From Leptospira sp. (lineage in GTDB: Bacteria > Spirochaetota > Leptospiria > Leptospirales > Leptospiraceae): a DNA stretch of 64,000 nt. The stretch covers positions 96,001 to 160,000 of the forward strand of contig JAWXAQ010000027.1 in assembly GCA_034439575.1 (NCBI GenBank). The letters are read 5' to 3'. The notes beneath the pieces were generated by a model. That model worked only from the letters and a program-made list of their open reading frames with translations. It ran no database searches and had not been told where the DNA came from. This document shows, in pieces, positions 29,562-40,066 of the stretch (its first letter is position 1; each line of letters starts with the position of its first letter). The position numbers and the translations under genes are program-made.

Positions 29562-30319
29562 TTATTAAAATACTTAATCATGCTCATGATAAAAATAAAA
29601 AATAATTTTTTGGAAGTATGAGAGCCCCTTTGGTATTCATGAATGGCTTCAGGTATCGGTGAAAATACAGTACGATATCCTAATTCTCTAATATTCCGAG
29701 AGAGATCTGCATCCTCAAAATAAAGAAAATATCTAGAATCAAAGCCTTTGCATTTTTCAAATACTCCTACTGGTATTAACATTAAACATCCTGATATAAA
29801 TTCTACATCATAAAAAGTTTCATAGTCAAAATCTATCATTTCATATTGATCTATTGCGTTCGAAATAAATGGAATTTTTTTTAATAGTTTAAATCTTCTT
29901 CCTAACAGAGCGTAGACTGTAGGATTTCTCTTATTTAATTTTTGTAATGTACCATCGGGATAATAAATTTTTCCAGTTATTAGCCCTATGGACGTATCTT
30001 GTGAAATAATTCCAATTAGTTTTTTAATCGTATCCGGATACAAATAAACATCAGGATTTACTAGAAGAAAATATTTAGAATTCTCCACAAATGAGAAGGC
30101 AGCATTATTCCCACCTCCGAATCCATCGTTCTCCGCACCCCTCTCAATATACTTCCATTTTGATCGATTTTCTAAAAGGGTTTTATATATTCCCATCTTT
30201 GAGTGATCAACAAAAACTCCCTTCCAATCAATGTTTTGTGCCTCGATACTTTCTAGGCAACGAGTGATTATATCAAGGTTTGTATTGTAGCAAACTACAC
30301 TAACAGTAACTAACGACAC
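29540..30319 (-). CDS. GT2 glycosyltransferase (WbbL-like rhamnosyltransferase)
   Basis: SVVCYN, GFGGGNN, LVNPD, SGCLML, GFDSRYFLYFEDADL, YFNKWGW. Confidence 0.82.
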   Translation of the reverse strand: MSLVTVSVVCYNTNLDIITRCLESIEAQNIDWKGVFVDHSKMGIYKTLLENRSKWKYIERGAENDGFGGGNNAAFSFVENSKYFLLVNPDVYLYPDTIKKLIGIISQDTSIGLITGKIYYPDGTLQKLNKRNPTVYALLGRRFKLLKKIPFISNAIDQYEMIDFDYETFYDVEFISGCLMLIPVGVFEKCKGFDSRYFLYFEDADLSRNIRELGYRTVFSPIPEAIHEYQRGSHTSKKLFFIFIMSMIKYFNKWGWKWF

Positions 30320-30418
30320 AATACCATGTTACAAATTTGATTTTTTATTACGATAATTTTAATTACATTGACTCATATACTTTTTAAAAAGAATCTTTCA
30401 ATGTAGATCGATTTATTA

Positions 30419-31405
30419 ATGCTAACTATTTTTGTTTCAACATTTCCATTCGGAAAAGCAAACTCTATTCCTCGTGACCTTCTTTCTGAAAGGAGTGATA
30501 TTAAAGTATTATATAATCCAGAAAATCGAAAATTAACAAAAGATGAAATCTTGAAATATGCAATTGATGCTGATGTTGTAATCGCAGGCACTGAAGATCT
30601 TTCTTTACTTATTGATAAAAGTTTAAAATTAAAAATGATAGCGCGAGTTGGAATCGGGCTAGATAGCGTTAACTTACTTGTGTGTAGAGAAAAAGGAATT
30701 AGAGTAAGTTATACACCAGATGCAGTGACAATGGCTGTTGCTGAACTTACGATAGGTTTGATGATCGGTATAACTCGGTTAGTCGGTCTTGCGGATAGAG
30801 AAATCCGTAAGGGTTTATGGAATCGTCATTATGGAAAAAGAATTGGAGAGTCTTTGATCGGACTCATTGGATTTGGCAGAGTTGGTAAAAATGTGGCTAA
30901 GTTACTTTTGCCATTTTCTCCGAAAATTCTAGTGAATGATATAAACGAAATATCTGAAGATGTAAATATTCTCAGAAATGAAGGATTAAATATTTCTGAA
31001 ACATCTAAAGATGAAATTTTTTCTTCCGCTGATATTGTAAGTTTACATCTCCCTGCATATAAATTGACTAATCATATGTTAAATCAAAATACATTATCAA
31101 AATTTAAACCAGAATCATATTTAATCAATACAGCGCGAGGGGAGCTTATCGACGAACGAGCTTTATTCGATTGTTTAAAATCAGGTGCGATAGCTGGCGC
31201 GGCTCTTGATGTCTTTAATGAAGAACCCTATATTGGATCATTAACAGAATTGGATAATGTGATTCTTACGCAACACATGGGATCATGTTCCTATGATTGC
31301 AGATTAGCTATGGAAACGCAGGCTACAGAAGATGTACTTCGATTCTTATCAAACGAACCTTTACTTCGAGAAGTCCCCGAGTTTGAATATAAATACCAAT
31401 TGTAA
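30419..31405 (+). CDS. D-isomer-specific 2-hydroxyacid dehydrogenase (phosphoglycerate dehydrogenase-like)
   Basis: GIGLDSV, AVAE, GLIGFGRVG, INTARG, LDVFNEEP, TQHMGS. Confidence 0.88.
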   Translation: MLTIFVSTFPFGKANSIPRDLLSERSDIKVLYNPENRKLTKDEILKYAIDADVVIAGTEDLSLLIDKSLKLKMIARVGIGLDSVNLLVCREKGIRVSYTPDAVTMAVAELTIGLMIGITRLVGLADREIRKGLWNRHYGKRIGESLIGLIGFGRVGKNVAKLLLPFSPKILVNDINEISEDVNILRNEGLNISETSKDEIFSSADIVSLHLPAYKLTNHMLNQNTLSKFKPESYLINTARGELIDERALFDCLKSGAIAGAALDVFNEEPYIGSLTELDNVILTQHMGSCSYDCRLAMETQATEDVLRFLSNEPLLREVPEFEYKYQL

Positions 31406-31453
31406 TAGTTTATAAATATCATAAGTAAAAAAATATCCGAAAAGGAAAATAAA

Positions 31454-32263
31454 ATGGCGAAAGAAAAAAACGTAAAAATCAATCGAAATCTTTCAAAGCA
31501 GAAAGAAATTGTAACTTCACTCATTATACCTATTTATAACGAAGCAGGGCATTTAGCTGAATTTTTAGAAAAAATAGATTCATTGATTCTACCAACATCA
31601 AAAGAACTAGTTTTCATCGATGATTGTTCTAAAGATGAATCATTAAATATATTGAAACAATTCAAATTTAAATCAAAGCACCAAATCTTGTTTCAAGAAA
31701 AAAATCAAGGAAAGGGTGCCGCCTTACAACGCGGATTTAATGAAGCGACAGGTGAAATTATTTTGGTTCAAGATGCTGATTTTGAATATGATATGGATGA
31801 AGTTTCAACACTTATCGAACCCATTGCAAATGGAAAAGCAGATGTAGTATTTGGTTCAAGATTTAAAAAGGATGGTAGGCAAGTGCATCGAACTTTCCAC
31901 TATTTAGTGAATCGAATCTTAACAATACTTTCAAATTTTATGAGCGGTTTATACCTGACTGATATGGAGACTTGTTATAAAGTTTTCCGAGCAGAAATTA
32001 TTAAAAATATAAATTTAGAATCAAATCGATTTGGTTTTGAACCTGAAATAACTGCAAAGATTGCTAGATTAAAAATTCGAGTGCAAGAATTTCCTATATC
32101 ATATTATCCAAGAAATTATTTGGAAGGAAAAAAAATAACTTGGAAGGATGGAGTGGCGGCCCTCCGACATATTTTTTATTTCAATTTGTTTGCTTCGGCA
32201 AAAACATTTTTTAAACAGGATATGCCAAAAAAATATATCCCTATTGGCGGGAATTGGCTTTAG
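31454..32263 (+). CDS. GT2 polyprenol-phosphate glycosyltransferase (DPM1-like)
   Basis: IIPIYNE, DDCSKD, NQGKG, QDADFEYD, FGSRF, TDMETCYK, RFGFEPE, EGKKITWKDG. Confidence 0.88.
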   Translation: MAKEKNVKINRNLSKQKEIVTSLIIPIYNEAGHLAEFLEKIDSLILPTSKELVFIDDCSKDESLNILKQFKFKSKHQILFQEKNQGKGAALQRGFNEATGEIILVQDADFEYDMDEVSTLIEPIANGKADVVFGSRFKKDGRQVHRTFHYLVNRILTILSNFMSGLYLTDMETCYKVFRAEIIKNINLESNRFGFEPEITAKIARLKIRVQEFPISYYPRNYLEGKKITWKDGVAALRHIFYFNLFASAKTFFKQDMPKKYIPIGGNWL

Positions 32264-32279
32264 AACTCAAAGGTAACAA

Positions 32280-34277
32280 TTGTTTATTTTTTTTCTAAAT
32301 TTAATTCTTCTTGTTAATCTCGCTCTTTCTTTTTACAAAAAGAATGCAGATTTCATTGGATATTCTTTTGGTTTATTGATATTAATTTCCATTGCCGAAA
32401 GGTTAAAAAAGAAAAAATTAATAAACTTACCAATTTTAAATAATCGCTTATTTCATACATTATTAATATTCAATGTACTAAATTTGATGTCAGTAATGTA
32501 TTCAAATGGCTTGGATGCAAAAATTTATAGATTCATTGAGTATGGACAAAGTTTGTTTTTGCTTTTTGTATTTAAATTACCAAGAATCAAAAATTTTAAA
32601 AAATTTATACCGCATGTATTGTTAACATATTTATTAATACCACCAGGTTCTATACTTTTAGATACTTCAGGAATTTTGAACTCCTATGCCTTGGTAATCA
32701 TTTTTGTAATTTTAATTTTTCTTCTAAGAAATGTTAAGTCAAATATATTCCAATCTGCCTCAATATCATTCTGGATAATGATCGGATCACTGTTTTTTAT
32801 TTTACCTGCATTATCAGTCACTTTCAATCCATTAAAGTATAATTTAATTGAATATACCTTTCATTTTGTCTTAAGTTTATTATCTGTTTTAGCATTACTA
32901 TCAAGTATTAAAAGGCAGAAAGAATGGCAAAGGTTCTTAACTTTGCTTAATTTCCTTTTTACATTCAAAATAGTTTATATCGCTTATTATCCCGAAACGT
33001 TAGCAACTCGAGGGGGTGTGAATTCAAATTTATTTGCCATATCTTTTGAGTTTTTATTGCTATCAAGTGTTTACTTGGCTCTCGTTAGTCGAGATAAAAT
33101 ATTTCGAATTTCACAATATTTGATTTTTTTTATATTAAGTATCGCTATCTATAAATTGAATTCTAGAACAGCCGCCATTGCAATCATATATGCACTCGCT
33201 TTTGCAATATTATTTTTTCTTTTGATAAAGTCTAATGGTAACAAAAATAGAAAAATAATCTATGCGTTGTTATTGTTTCATTTTATGTTTTTAATTTTAC
33301 TTTTTGTGTATCTTTTTAAATTTTCTCATTTAGATTCAATTTTAATACGCGTTAAATTGTGGAATATCGCACTCACTGGTATTTGCGAAAATCCATACTC
33401 TTTATTAATTGGACTTTCCGATATTGGAAAAATAAATTTATTAAATTTGGTAACACCATTCATCGCGAATGAATTAAAAACATATCCAAATCTATTTGAT
33501 TCTGGTATGTTTCAGACGCATCTTCATAGCGATTACTTAGCATTTCTTTATGGAATAGGTATTCTTGGACTAACATTGTATCTATTATTGATAGTTAGAA
33601 GTTTGATCATTGCTACAAAAAATTCTAATATCAACATGACTTACCTATCCATCATAATCATTATTTCCTTTTCCGTGCATAGTTTAACTGAACCGATATT
33701 TACAAATATTTATACCTCCTTTCTTTTTATACTACCTGTATTGATAATAGATAATAGGAATCATAATGGTGTTAAAAATAATCAACTGGATGGTGGGAAT
33801 AAGAATTTTATACTCTCAATTCTTCTTATTTTTAGCTTAATTTTAGTTATTTATAACATCAAAAATAATTCAATTCTTCGATATTCTTATATAGATTCGC
33901 ATTTTAAAAAAGAAGTCAGAGGTTTTTCTGCATTTGATTCCTCTTTGCAAGACGAAAAAAATAAAGCTCTGAACGAAACAATTAGGCAAATAAATTCAAA
34001 TTCAATGTTAAGGTTTAAAGGAATTGGAATCTTAGAAAATGAAGCAGATATATTTTTAAAATCATATCTATTAAATGGTAACAAAGATTTGATCCACATG
34101 GCAGAACTTCGGTATTGTGAACTATTTAAACGACAACAAATTCCGCGGCATTATAACAATTTAAAAAATTTGTCTAAAATAACAAAAGTCACTTTGATTG
34201 AATTCTGTCAGGAAGAACAAAAGTCTTTCATTCAAAATTATGATAAATATTATTTAATATCAGAAGAGTTTTATTAG
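32280..34277 (+). CDS. O-antigen ligase/polymerase (WaaL/Wzy_C)-family membrane protein
   Basis: Many TM segments, NSRTA, IRVKLWNIAL, THLHSDYL..L...GILG (HN-type loop). Confidence 0.7.
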   Translation: MFIFFLNLILLVNLALSFYKKNADFIGYSFGLLILISIAERLKKKKLINLPILNNRLFHTLLIFNVLNLMSVMYSNGLDAKIYRFIEYGQSLFLLFVFKLPRIKNFKKFIPHVLLTYLLIPPGSILLDTSGILNSYALVIIFVILIFLLRNVKSNIFQSASISFWIMIGSLFFILPALSVTFNPLKYNLIEYTFHFVLSLLSVLALLSSIKRQKEWQRFLTLLNFLFTFKIVYIAYYPETLATRGGVNSNLFAISFEFLLLSSVYLALVSRDKIFRISQYLIFFILSIAIYKLNSRTAAIAIIYALAFAILFFLLIKSNGNKNRKIIYALLLFHFMFLILLFVYLFKFSHLDSILIRVKLWNIALTGICENPYSLLIGLSDIGKINLLNLVTPFIANELKTYPNLFDSGMFQTHLHSDYLAFLYGIGILGLTLYLLLIVRSLIIATKNSNINMTYLSIIIIISFSVHSLTEPIFTNIYTSFLFILPVLIIDNRNHNGVKNNQLDGGNKNFILSILLIFSLILVIYNIKNNSILRYSYIDSHFKKEVRGFSAFDSSLQDEKNKALNETIRQINSNSMLRFKGIGILENEADIFLKSYLLNGNKDLIHMAELRYCELFKRQQIPRHYNNLKNLSKITKVTLIEFCQEEQKSFIQNYDKYYLISEEFY

Positions 34278-34278
34278 T

Positions 34279-35856
34279 ATGAAAAAATTTATTTCTAATT
34301 ACTATTATTTTTTGATTATAATTGCTTCTTTAGTTTTTCACATTTACTGGTTAGGTGAATTGTCAATTGGTGATGTTCCAGGGCCTGTTGATCCGTTTTT
34401 AAAAACACTCCAAGGGTATTCTTTATTTAATTCCAATTTTACAGATCAAAGTATATATTATCAATTTCGTGATATCGATCCAAATTTTGAATTTTGTTTC
34501 TTTCAAAAAGATATATTCACTTTCCGATTTGAGAATTCACTTTTAGGTCCGTTCCCTGTTTCTTTATCAGCTCTCGTCGCTTTATTGTTATATGTTCTTC
34601 CTATTCAAAATGTCTTTATTTTTTTCGCACTCCTAAATTTAATTTTATATTTGGTCATATTTAAGAAAGTAAAACAAGACATAGCGATCGTTATATTAAT
34701 CTTTTTCGGGTTACCCTTTTTTATCCCAAATTCTGAAGTATCAGAGCATTCACTATTGATTTTCACAGAAATCTTAAGTTACTTTTTAATTCATAAATTT
34801 TTATCAAAAGAATCTGAAAATGGGAAAAAATATTTTATATTTTTGGCTGGAGTTTCTCTCGGATTGGGAATATTTTTTAGACACGAAATATTATTATTTG
34901 GTAATTTATTTTTATGTTCACTTTTTGTTTTTAAATTCATTCCTAAATACAAAAATATAATTCGTTGGAAAGAAATCTTTTTATATTTCCTCGGATTGTA
35001 TTTAACATTTATTCTATTTTTTGTCATGAATAAATATATGTATGGTTCCAGTGTTGGGCCTAGACTAAATGCTAATAGTAGTGGGATTTATTCTGATTTA
35101 TTTAATAAATTTGTATTTTATAAATCTATTTTATGGAAAGAAGGTTCCAATTTTGGCCTGTTTGGTTACAACCCGATCTATATTATAACATTATTAATTT
35201 CAATTGTATATATACGTCATTGGAATGCTAAAGATATTTTATATTTTTTACCTACTCTAGGCTTGATATTCATAGTTCCTCCACTAGCACCTAATGACGG
35301 TGGCTCTCCTTGGGGTGCACGGTATTTATTTTTAACAATATTTCCGCTTGTTATGCTCACTTCCAGATCATTACATTTTTTGTCTTTAAGTGAAAATAAA
35401 TATTACATCTGGATTTTTCGAATTCTTATAATTTTCTCTGTGATTCAAACTACCATTAGTGAGAGAAGAAGTTTGAAAGCTGCGAAAGAAGTTTCGATTC
35501 AACAAAAAAATTACATCTCTGAAACAGCAGTGGAAGAGGCTGATTTAATCATATTTACAAGCGAACTTATTGCGATGCAGACAGGTATAAATTATATAAA
35601 ATTTCCATCTATATTAGTAAATCATGAAAATAAGATACCTTCATTGAGGCAAAAAATTCTTTTTGATAAAAATAAATTTAAAAAAATAGTTATTGTCGAA
35701 CCTATTTTGGACAATATTAATTTATCGAAATTTTCTGAATCTGATTTGGCTGGAATTAAGCCTTCAAATATCTTAAGTTATTTTGATAAAAATTTTGAAA
35801 AAATGACTATAGAACGAAAAAAATTGGTCATACTTCATCATTATATAAACCAATGA
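34279..35856 (+). CDS. Multi-pass putative GT-C glycosyltransferase (Leptospira LA_3751/LA_3752-like family), paralog 1
   Basis: VDPFLKTLQG, FFRHEI, GPRL, PNDGGSPWGARYL, shared with three other ORFs in the window. Confidence 0.68.
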   Translation: MKKFISNYYYFLIIIASLVFHIYWLGELSIGDVPGPVDPFLKTLQGYSLFNSNFTDQSIYYQFRDIDPNFEFCFFQKDIFTFRFENSLLGPFPVSLSALVALLLYVLPIQNVFIFFALLNLILYLVIFKKVKQDIAIVILIFFGLPFFIPNSEVSEHSLLIFTEILSYFLIHKFLSKESENGKKYFIFLAGVSLGLGIFFRHEILLFGNLFLCSLFVFKFIPKYKNIIRWKEIFLYFLGLYLTFILFFVMNKYMYGSSVGPRLNANSSGIYSDLFNKFVFYKSILWKEGSNFGLFGYNPIYIITLLISIVYIRHWNAKDILYFLPTLGLIFIVPPLAPNDGGSPWGARYLFLTIFPLVMLTSRSLHFLSLSENKYYIWIFRILIIFSVIQTTISERRSLKAAKEVSIQQKNYISETAVEEADLIIFTSELIAMQTGINYIKFPSILVNHENKIPSLRQKILFDKNKFKKIVIVEPILDNINLSKFSESDLAGIKPSNILSYFDKNFEKMTIERKKLVILHHYINQ

Positions 35857-37430
35857 ACTTTAAAAAATTTGTTAACTATTTACCTTATTTGTTTTATATC
35901 ATATTAGTAATTTATATGATTCAATTTCGATATAAATTGGATCGATACGGATCCTATTTTACTAGCGATGGGGCAATAAAGATATTCCAAACAGTTCAGT
36001 ATAAAGAGAACGGTTTTTTAAGTTTAGAGTGTCTATATCCTGGGAAATCATTGGACCTTGATTTTAAAAATTATCCTATTTCTTATCCTTGGGCAATTTT
36101 TTCAGATGAATTAGGGAAAGAAAAATGTGTATTGGAATATCCTCCATTTTTTTATTGGTTAGGTTCTTTGTTATTATATGTTATCCCCGTAAGTTTATTG
36201 TTATATTTACCTATACTTTTCTATTCATTTGCAATTTTTTATTTTGATAAAATTTTACAAAGTATTGGGTTTGTTTCACTTTTTCGTATATTCATTGTCA
36301 TCTTATCCTTTTTTAGTTTTCCATTGTTAACATCTTTGGATTATACAGAGAGTCCATTATTTATTTGTTTTTATCTCGCTGGTTTTCATGGGATAACTAA
36401 AGTTACAAGGAAAGACTTCCAATTCAATTTGTATCAACTATTAGGAATTGGCGGATTCTTTGGTCTAGCATTCCTGCTTAGATTAGAAGTTTTAATTCCT
36501 TTTGCTTTTCTATTAAGTTTATTTTTGTTATCTTATAAAGAAATTAAACCATTTATATTGGTAAGCATAGGTTTTTTATTAGTTAGTTTATTTTTTGTTT
36601 TATATAATCTCAAAGTTTCTGGGCATCCACTAGGATTTAGATATGTATCTTCTATAGATCAAAACCAAAATTCAAATTCAGATTTTGTGGATCGATTACT
36701 ATTGCTAAAGGCCTACCTTTGGGGTGATAAGGTGATGGTTGGAATTTTTCAGTTTAACCCTGTTGTCTATTTTCTTTTGATAGGTTCTTTATTTTTAAGA
36801 TTATTAAATGGAAATAATAAATCTGGAAATTTATTTTTATTTGCAGGCCTAATGTCAATTATATGTATCCCCTTTTATGTAACATTTTATGGCGGTGTGG
36901 GATATTTTGGTTTAAGATATTTGGAGGCTCCTTATTTTTTAATCGTCATAGGTTTTGGATATTATGCTCAAGCACTCAACAAATTTAGAAAAACTTCAAT
37001 AAAATTTGCACTATTTGTTTTTTTTGGAATTATTTTTTATTTTAATTTGCTTACGACAAGAGAGGGTCTCAAAGTTTTACGGAGTTCTTCTGTAGATTTG
37101 TCTACCTTACATAAAAGTTTTGATAGAGCAGAGAGATTTGTGATACATACATCTCTGTACAGTTCTATCTGGATGGGAAAATCTTTTTTAGAAAAAATTC
37201 ATGTTTTAACAACAACTACAGATTCGTTCCATCAATATTTATCAAATATTAAAAAGGGAGAAGAGTTTGTTGTCTTAGAGACTTCTAAAAATATATATAT
37301 TTCTTCTGATATACCTGAAAAATTACACAATAAGTATTTAACGTCCGTTAATATTAAATCAGATAAAATTGAAATATTAGAAGAATCTGAGATTTTTGGA
37401 ATGAAACGATATGTTGCCAAAAAGAAATAA
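35853..37430 (+). CDS. Multi-pass putative GT-C glycosyltransferase (LA_3751/LA_3752-like), paralog 2
   Basis: SDGAIKIFQT, LLRLEV, PLGFRY, GGVGYFGLRYL. Confidence 0.68.
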   Translation: MNFKKFVNYLPYLFYIILVIYMIQFRYKLDRYGSYFTSDGAIKIFQTVQYKENGFLSLECLYPGKSLDLDFKNYPISYPWAIFSDELGKEKCVLEYPPFFYWLGSLLLYVIPVSLLLYLPILFYSFAIFYFDKILQSIGFVSLFRIFIVILSFFSFPLLTSLDYTESPLFICFYLAGFHGITKVTRKDFQFNLYQLLGIGGFFGLAFLLRLEVLIPFAFLLSLFLLSYKEIKPFILVSIGFLLVSLFFVLYNLKVSGHPLGFRYVSSIDQNQNSNSDFVDRLLLLKAYLWGDKVMVGIFQFNPVVYFLLIGSLFLRLLNGNNKSGNLFLFAGLMSIICIPFYVTFYGGVGYFGLRYLEAPYFLIVIGFGYYAQALNKFRKTSIKFALFVFFGIIFYFNLLTTREGLKVLRSSSVDLSTLHKSFDRAERFVIHTSLYSSIWMGKSFLEKIHVLTTTTDSFHQYLSNIKKGEEFVVLETSKNIYISSDIPEKLHNKYLTSVNIKSDKIEILEESEIFGMKRYVAKKK

Positions 37431-37436
37431 AGTATC

Positions 37437-38915
37437 ATGAAGCTTTTAACAAAATTAAAAATAAATATTCCTACTTTGGTTGCTTTCTTTTTATTTTTTT
37501 TTGGTATTTCTTTTCGATTTTATCATTTTAATCATCTGAGTTATTGGTTTGATGAATTGTTTTCTATTACAACATCTTCGAAAAATATACTAGATTTTTT
37601 GAATGAAATGACAAGGGAAACCAATCCCGCATTTTACCAATTTGTTTTGTATATTTGGATTAAGATTTTTGGCAACTCTCCAGAAAGCGGACGTTTTTTA
37701 AGCGCTCTATTTGGTTCAATAACCTTACCTATAACTTACTTTTTAGCGAAAAAAATATCTGATCAAAAAATAGCATTAAATACATTACTATTTTTGGTTT
37801 TTTCATCTGGAGCTATATATTATTCTCAAGAAACACGCGCCTATTCTTTGTTAATTCTCTTGAGTTCTGTTACTTTTTTTTATTGGTTAGAAATATTAAA
37901 AAATTCTGAGTCGAATCTTTCTTTTTGGTCTTTTTTTATATTCTCATTATTAACTGAACATACACATTATTTTGGTTTTATATTCATTCAGACGATGTGG
38001 GTTTATTTGTTTGTTTCAAAATGTTTTTTACATAAAAAAGTTTACTTTCGAATTTTATTTTATTACTTTTTAGTATGTCTGTTCTTTTTACCCGAAATAT
38101 ATAAATTGATTTTTATAGTTCCAGAATTAACAAACGTTAATTGGATTCCGAAACCTAATTTCGAAATATATATTCACTTTTTTTCCTATATCTACTATTT
38201 TATTTCTTATAAAAAGATTCCAATATTAGTTCTATTTTTGTTAACACTGGTATTACCTATTTATCCTTTGTATCAAAATAGAAAAAAAATAAAATTCAAC
38301 TTTAGTCTAAATCTTTTTTGTGATATGCGAGTAGCCACATTGTTCCTTATACTATCGCTTTTATTATCGACATTTTTGATATCACAAATAAAACCTATGG
38401 TGACTTCGAGAAATCTTTTGGTTTTACTAGTCCCTATTTATTTTATAATTAGTGTTTGGTTATCAAATTCTGAAATATTAAAAGGAGTGCGAAGTCATTT
38501 ATTAGTTTTAGTATTGACCGTTCTTTCTTTCTTATCATTTGCAAAATATTATTATAAAGATTTTATGAAAGAACCATGGCGAGACGTTTCCTCTTATGCA
38601 ATAGAGAAGGCAGGAAAAAATGGTTATATTTTTACTTATCAATTTCCAGCTTATATTGATTATTATTTAGTGGATGTTTTTAAAAATAAACCCAGCATAA
38701 AAGTTGGATTGTCAAAGGAAGATACTTTGGAATTTTTGAAAATAGCCAAAAGCAAAAAAATTGAAAATATAGTATTTATCGAAACGAATTGGGACAACAG
38801 TAAAGAAGAGCGATACAACAAACAAAAAGAAAATTTGGAAATTCTAAAATCATACTCTAAACAAGTTACCATAAAGAGCTTTATTATCATGCAAGTATAT
38901 CATTTTGAGATTTAA
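37437..38915 (+). CDS. GT39/ArnT/PMT-like GT-C glycosyltransferase
   Basis: LSYWFDELFS (DE motif), NPAFYQFVL, RFLSALFG, YYSQETRAYSLL, HTHYFG, EPWR. Confidence 0.8.
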   Translation: MKLLTKLKINIPTLVAFFLFFFGISFRFYHFNHLSYWFDELFSITTSSKNILDFLNEMTRETNPAFYQFVLYIWIKIFGNSPESGRFLSALFGSITLPITYFLAKKISDQKIALNTLLFLVFSSGAIYYSQETRAYSLLILLSSVTFFYWLEILKNSESNLSFWSFFIFSLLTEHTHYFGFIFIQTMWVYLFVSKCFLHKKVYFRILFYYFLVCLFFLPEIYKLIFIVPELTNVNWIPKPNFEIYIHFFSYIYYFISYKKIPILVLFLLTLVLPIYPLYQNRKKIKFNFSLNLFCDMRVATLFLILSLLLSTFLISQIKPMVTSRNLLVLLVPIYFIISVWLSNSEILKGVRSHLLVLVLTVLSFLSFAKYYYKDFMKEPWRDVSSYAIEKAGKNGYIFTYQFPAYIDYYLVDVFKNKPSIKVGLSKEDTLEFLKIAKSKKIENIVFIETNWDNSKEERYNKQKENLEILKSYSKQVTIKSFIIMQVYHFEI

Positions 38916-38920
38916 ATAAT

Positions 38921-40054
38921 ATGTACACACTGATTTTACCTACCTACAATGAGAAAGAAAATCTCAAAGTTTATCTACCAAAGTTAGAAACTCTATTTCA
39001 TTTAAATAACATAGATTATGAGATCATTATTGTTGATGACGATTCTCCTGATCGAACATGGGAATGGGTTCAAGAGTATGGAATCAAAAATCAAAATGTT
39101 CGAGTGATCCGGCGCATTCAGGAAAAAGGGTTATCGAGTGCTGTTCTCACGGGAATGGCTTCCGCCAGGGGAAAGTATTTGGGCGTTATGGATGCAGATA
39201 TGCAACATGATGAATCCATTATTCCTAAAATGTTAGAAGCCCTAAAAGAAAATGATTTAGTGATAGGTTCAAGGCGAGTAGGGGATGGAAGTTATGGGGA
39301 AATGAATTTGTTTCGTCGTATATTAAGTTTCGGTGCGACGATTTTAGCAAAGATACTTCTACCAATCCCATCAACAGATCCAATGAGTGGTTTTTTTGTT
39401 TTGAAACGTGAAGTATTTGAAAATTCAAAAGATAAATTAAATCCACTTGGCTTTAAAATTTTATTAGAATTCTTAGCAAAGAATCCTAAAATAAAAGTTA
39501 TGGAAGTGGGATATTCTTTCCGTAAACGAGAGTTTGGTGAAACTAAACTCTCTGGAATTGTTATGCAACAATATTTATTTGCACTAATTGATCTTAGATT
39601 CGGAAAATATTTTTCGTCTGAATTTGTAAAATATGGAATTATCGGATTTACTGGAGTTTTCGTAAATTTAGTAGGGCAATGGTTGTATGTGAATGTCTCC
39701 GATTATTCAAATCCAAATTCAGAAATGTCCAAAATATTAATTCCCTCATTTGCAGTCGCTTTTGGCTTTGAAGTTAGTGTGATCAGTAATTATATTTTGA
39801 ACAACCAATGGACTTTTGCGAGTAAACGTAAAACGAAAGTTAAAGAATTCATCTTTGGTCTTTTCAAATTTAACTTTGTAAGTCTCGTTGGATTTTTTAT
39901 ACAATATTCATGTTGGTTATTTATATTTCAATTTTGCAATACGTATTATCCAGAATTTTTCCCGAACTATATAACTTATATAGCTAATTTAATTGGAATT
40001 TTAATCGCAACTGTGACAAACTATCAATTGAACAGGTCCTATACTTGGGATTAG
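38921..40054 (+). CDS. Polyprenol-phosphate mannose synthase-like GT2 fused to a GtrA-like flippase domain
   Basis: LPTYNEKEN, DDDSPD, MDADMQHD, DPMSGFF, GFKILLE. C-terminal FVKYGIIG..VN...NYILNNQWTF...NYQLNRSYTW follows the GtrA pattern. Confidence 0.88.
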   Translation: MYTLILPTYNEKENLKVYLPKLETLFHLNNIDYEIIIVDDDSPDRTWEWVQEYGIKNQNVRVIRRIQEKGLSSAVLTGMASARGKYLGVMDADMQHDESIIPKMLEALKENDLVIGSRRVGDGSYGEMNLFRRILSFGATILAKILLPIPSTDPMSGFFVLKREVFENSKDKLNPLGFKILLEFLAKNPKIKVMEVGYSFRKREFGETKLSGIVMQQYLFALIDLRFGKYFSSEFVKYGIIGFTGVFVNLVGQWLYVNVSDYSNPNSEMSKILIPSFAVAFGFEVSVISNYILNNQWTFASKRKTKVKEFIFGLFKFNFVSLVGFFIQYSCWLFIFQFCNTYYPEFFPNYITYIANLIGILIATVTNYQLNRSYTWD

Positions 40055-40066
40055 TTTATAATTTTA

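Noticed and set aside
30320-30418. Divergent promoter region with TTGACT at 30368
   Set aside because: A promoter is likely somewhere here, but there is no good -10 element at 16-18 bp spacing, so no specific site can be supported.
17102-38289. A/T homopolymers of 8-9 nt (e.g. T8 at 17102, T9 at 29389, T9 at 37494, A8 at 38282) as phase-variation tracts
   Set aside because: Such runs are expected in DNA this AT-rich with many Phe/Lys codons. All host ORFs are in frame and there are no long G/C or repeat-unit tracts.
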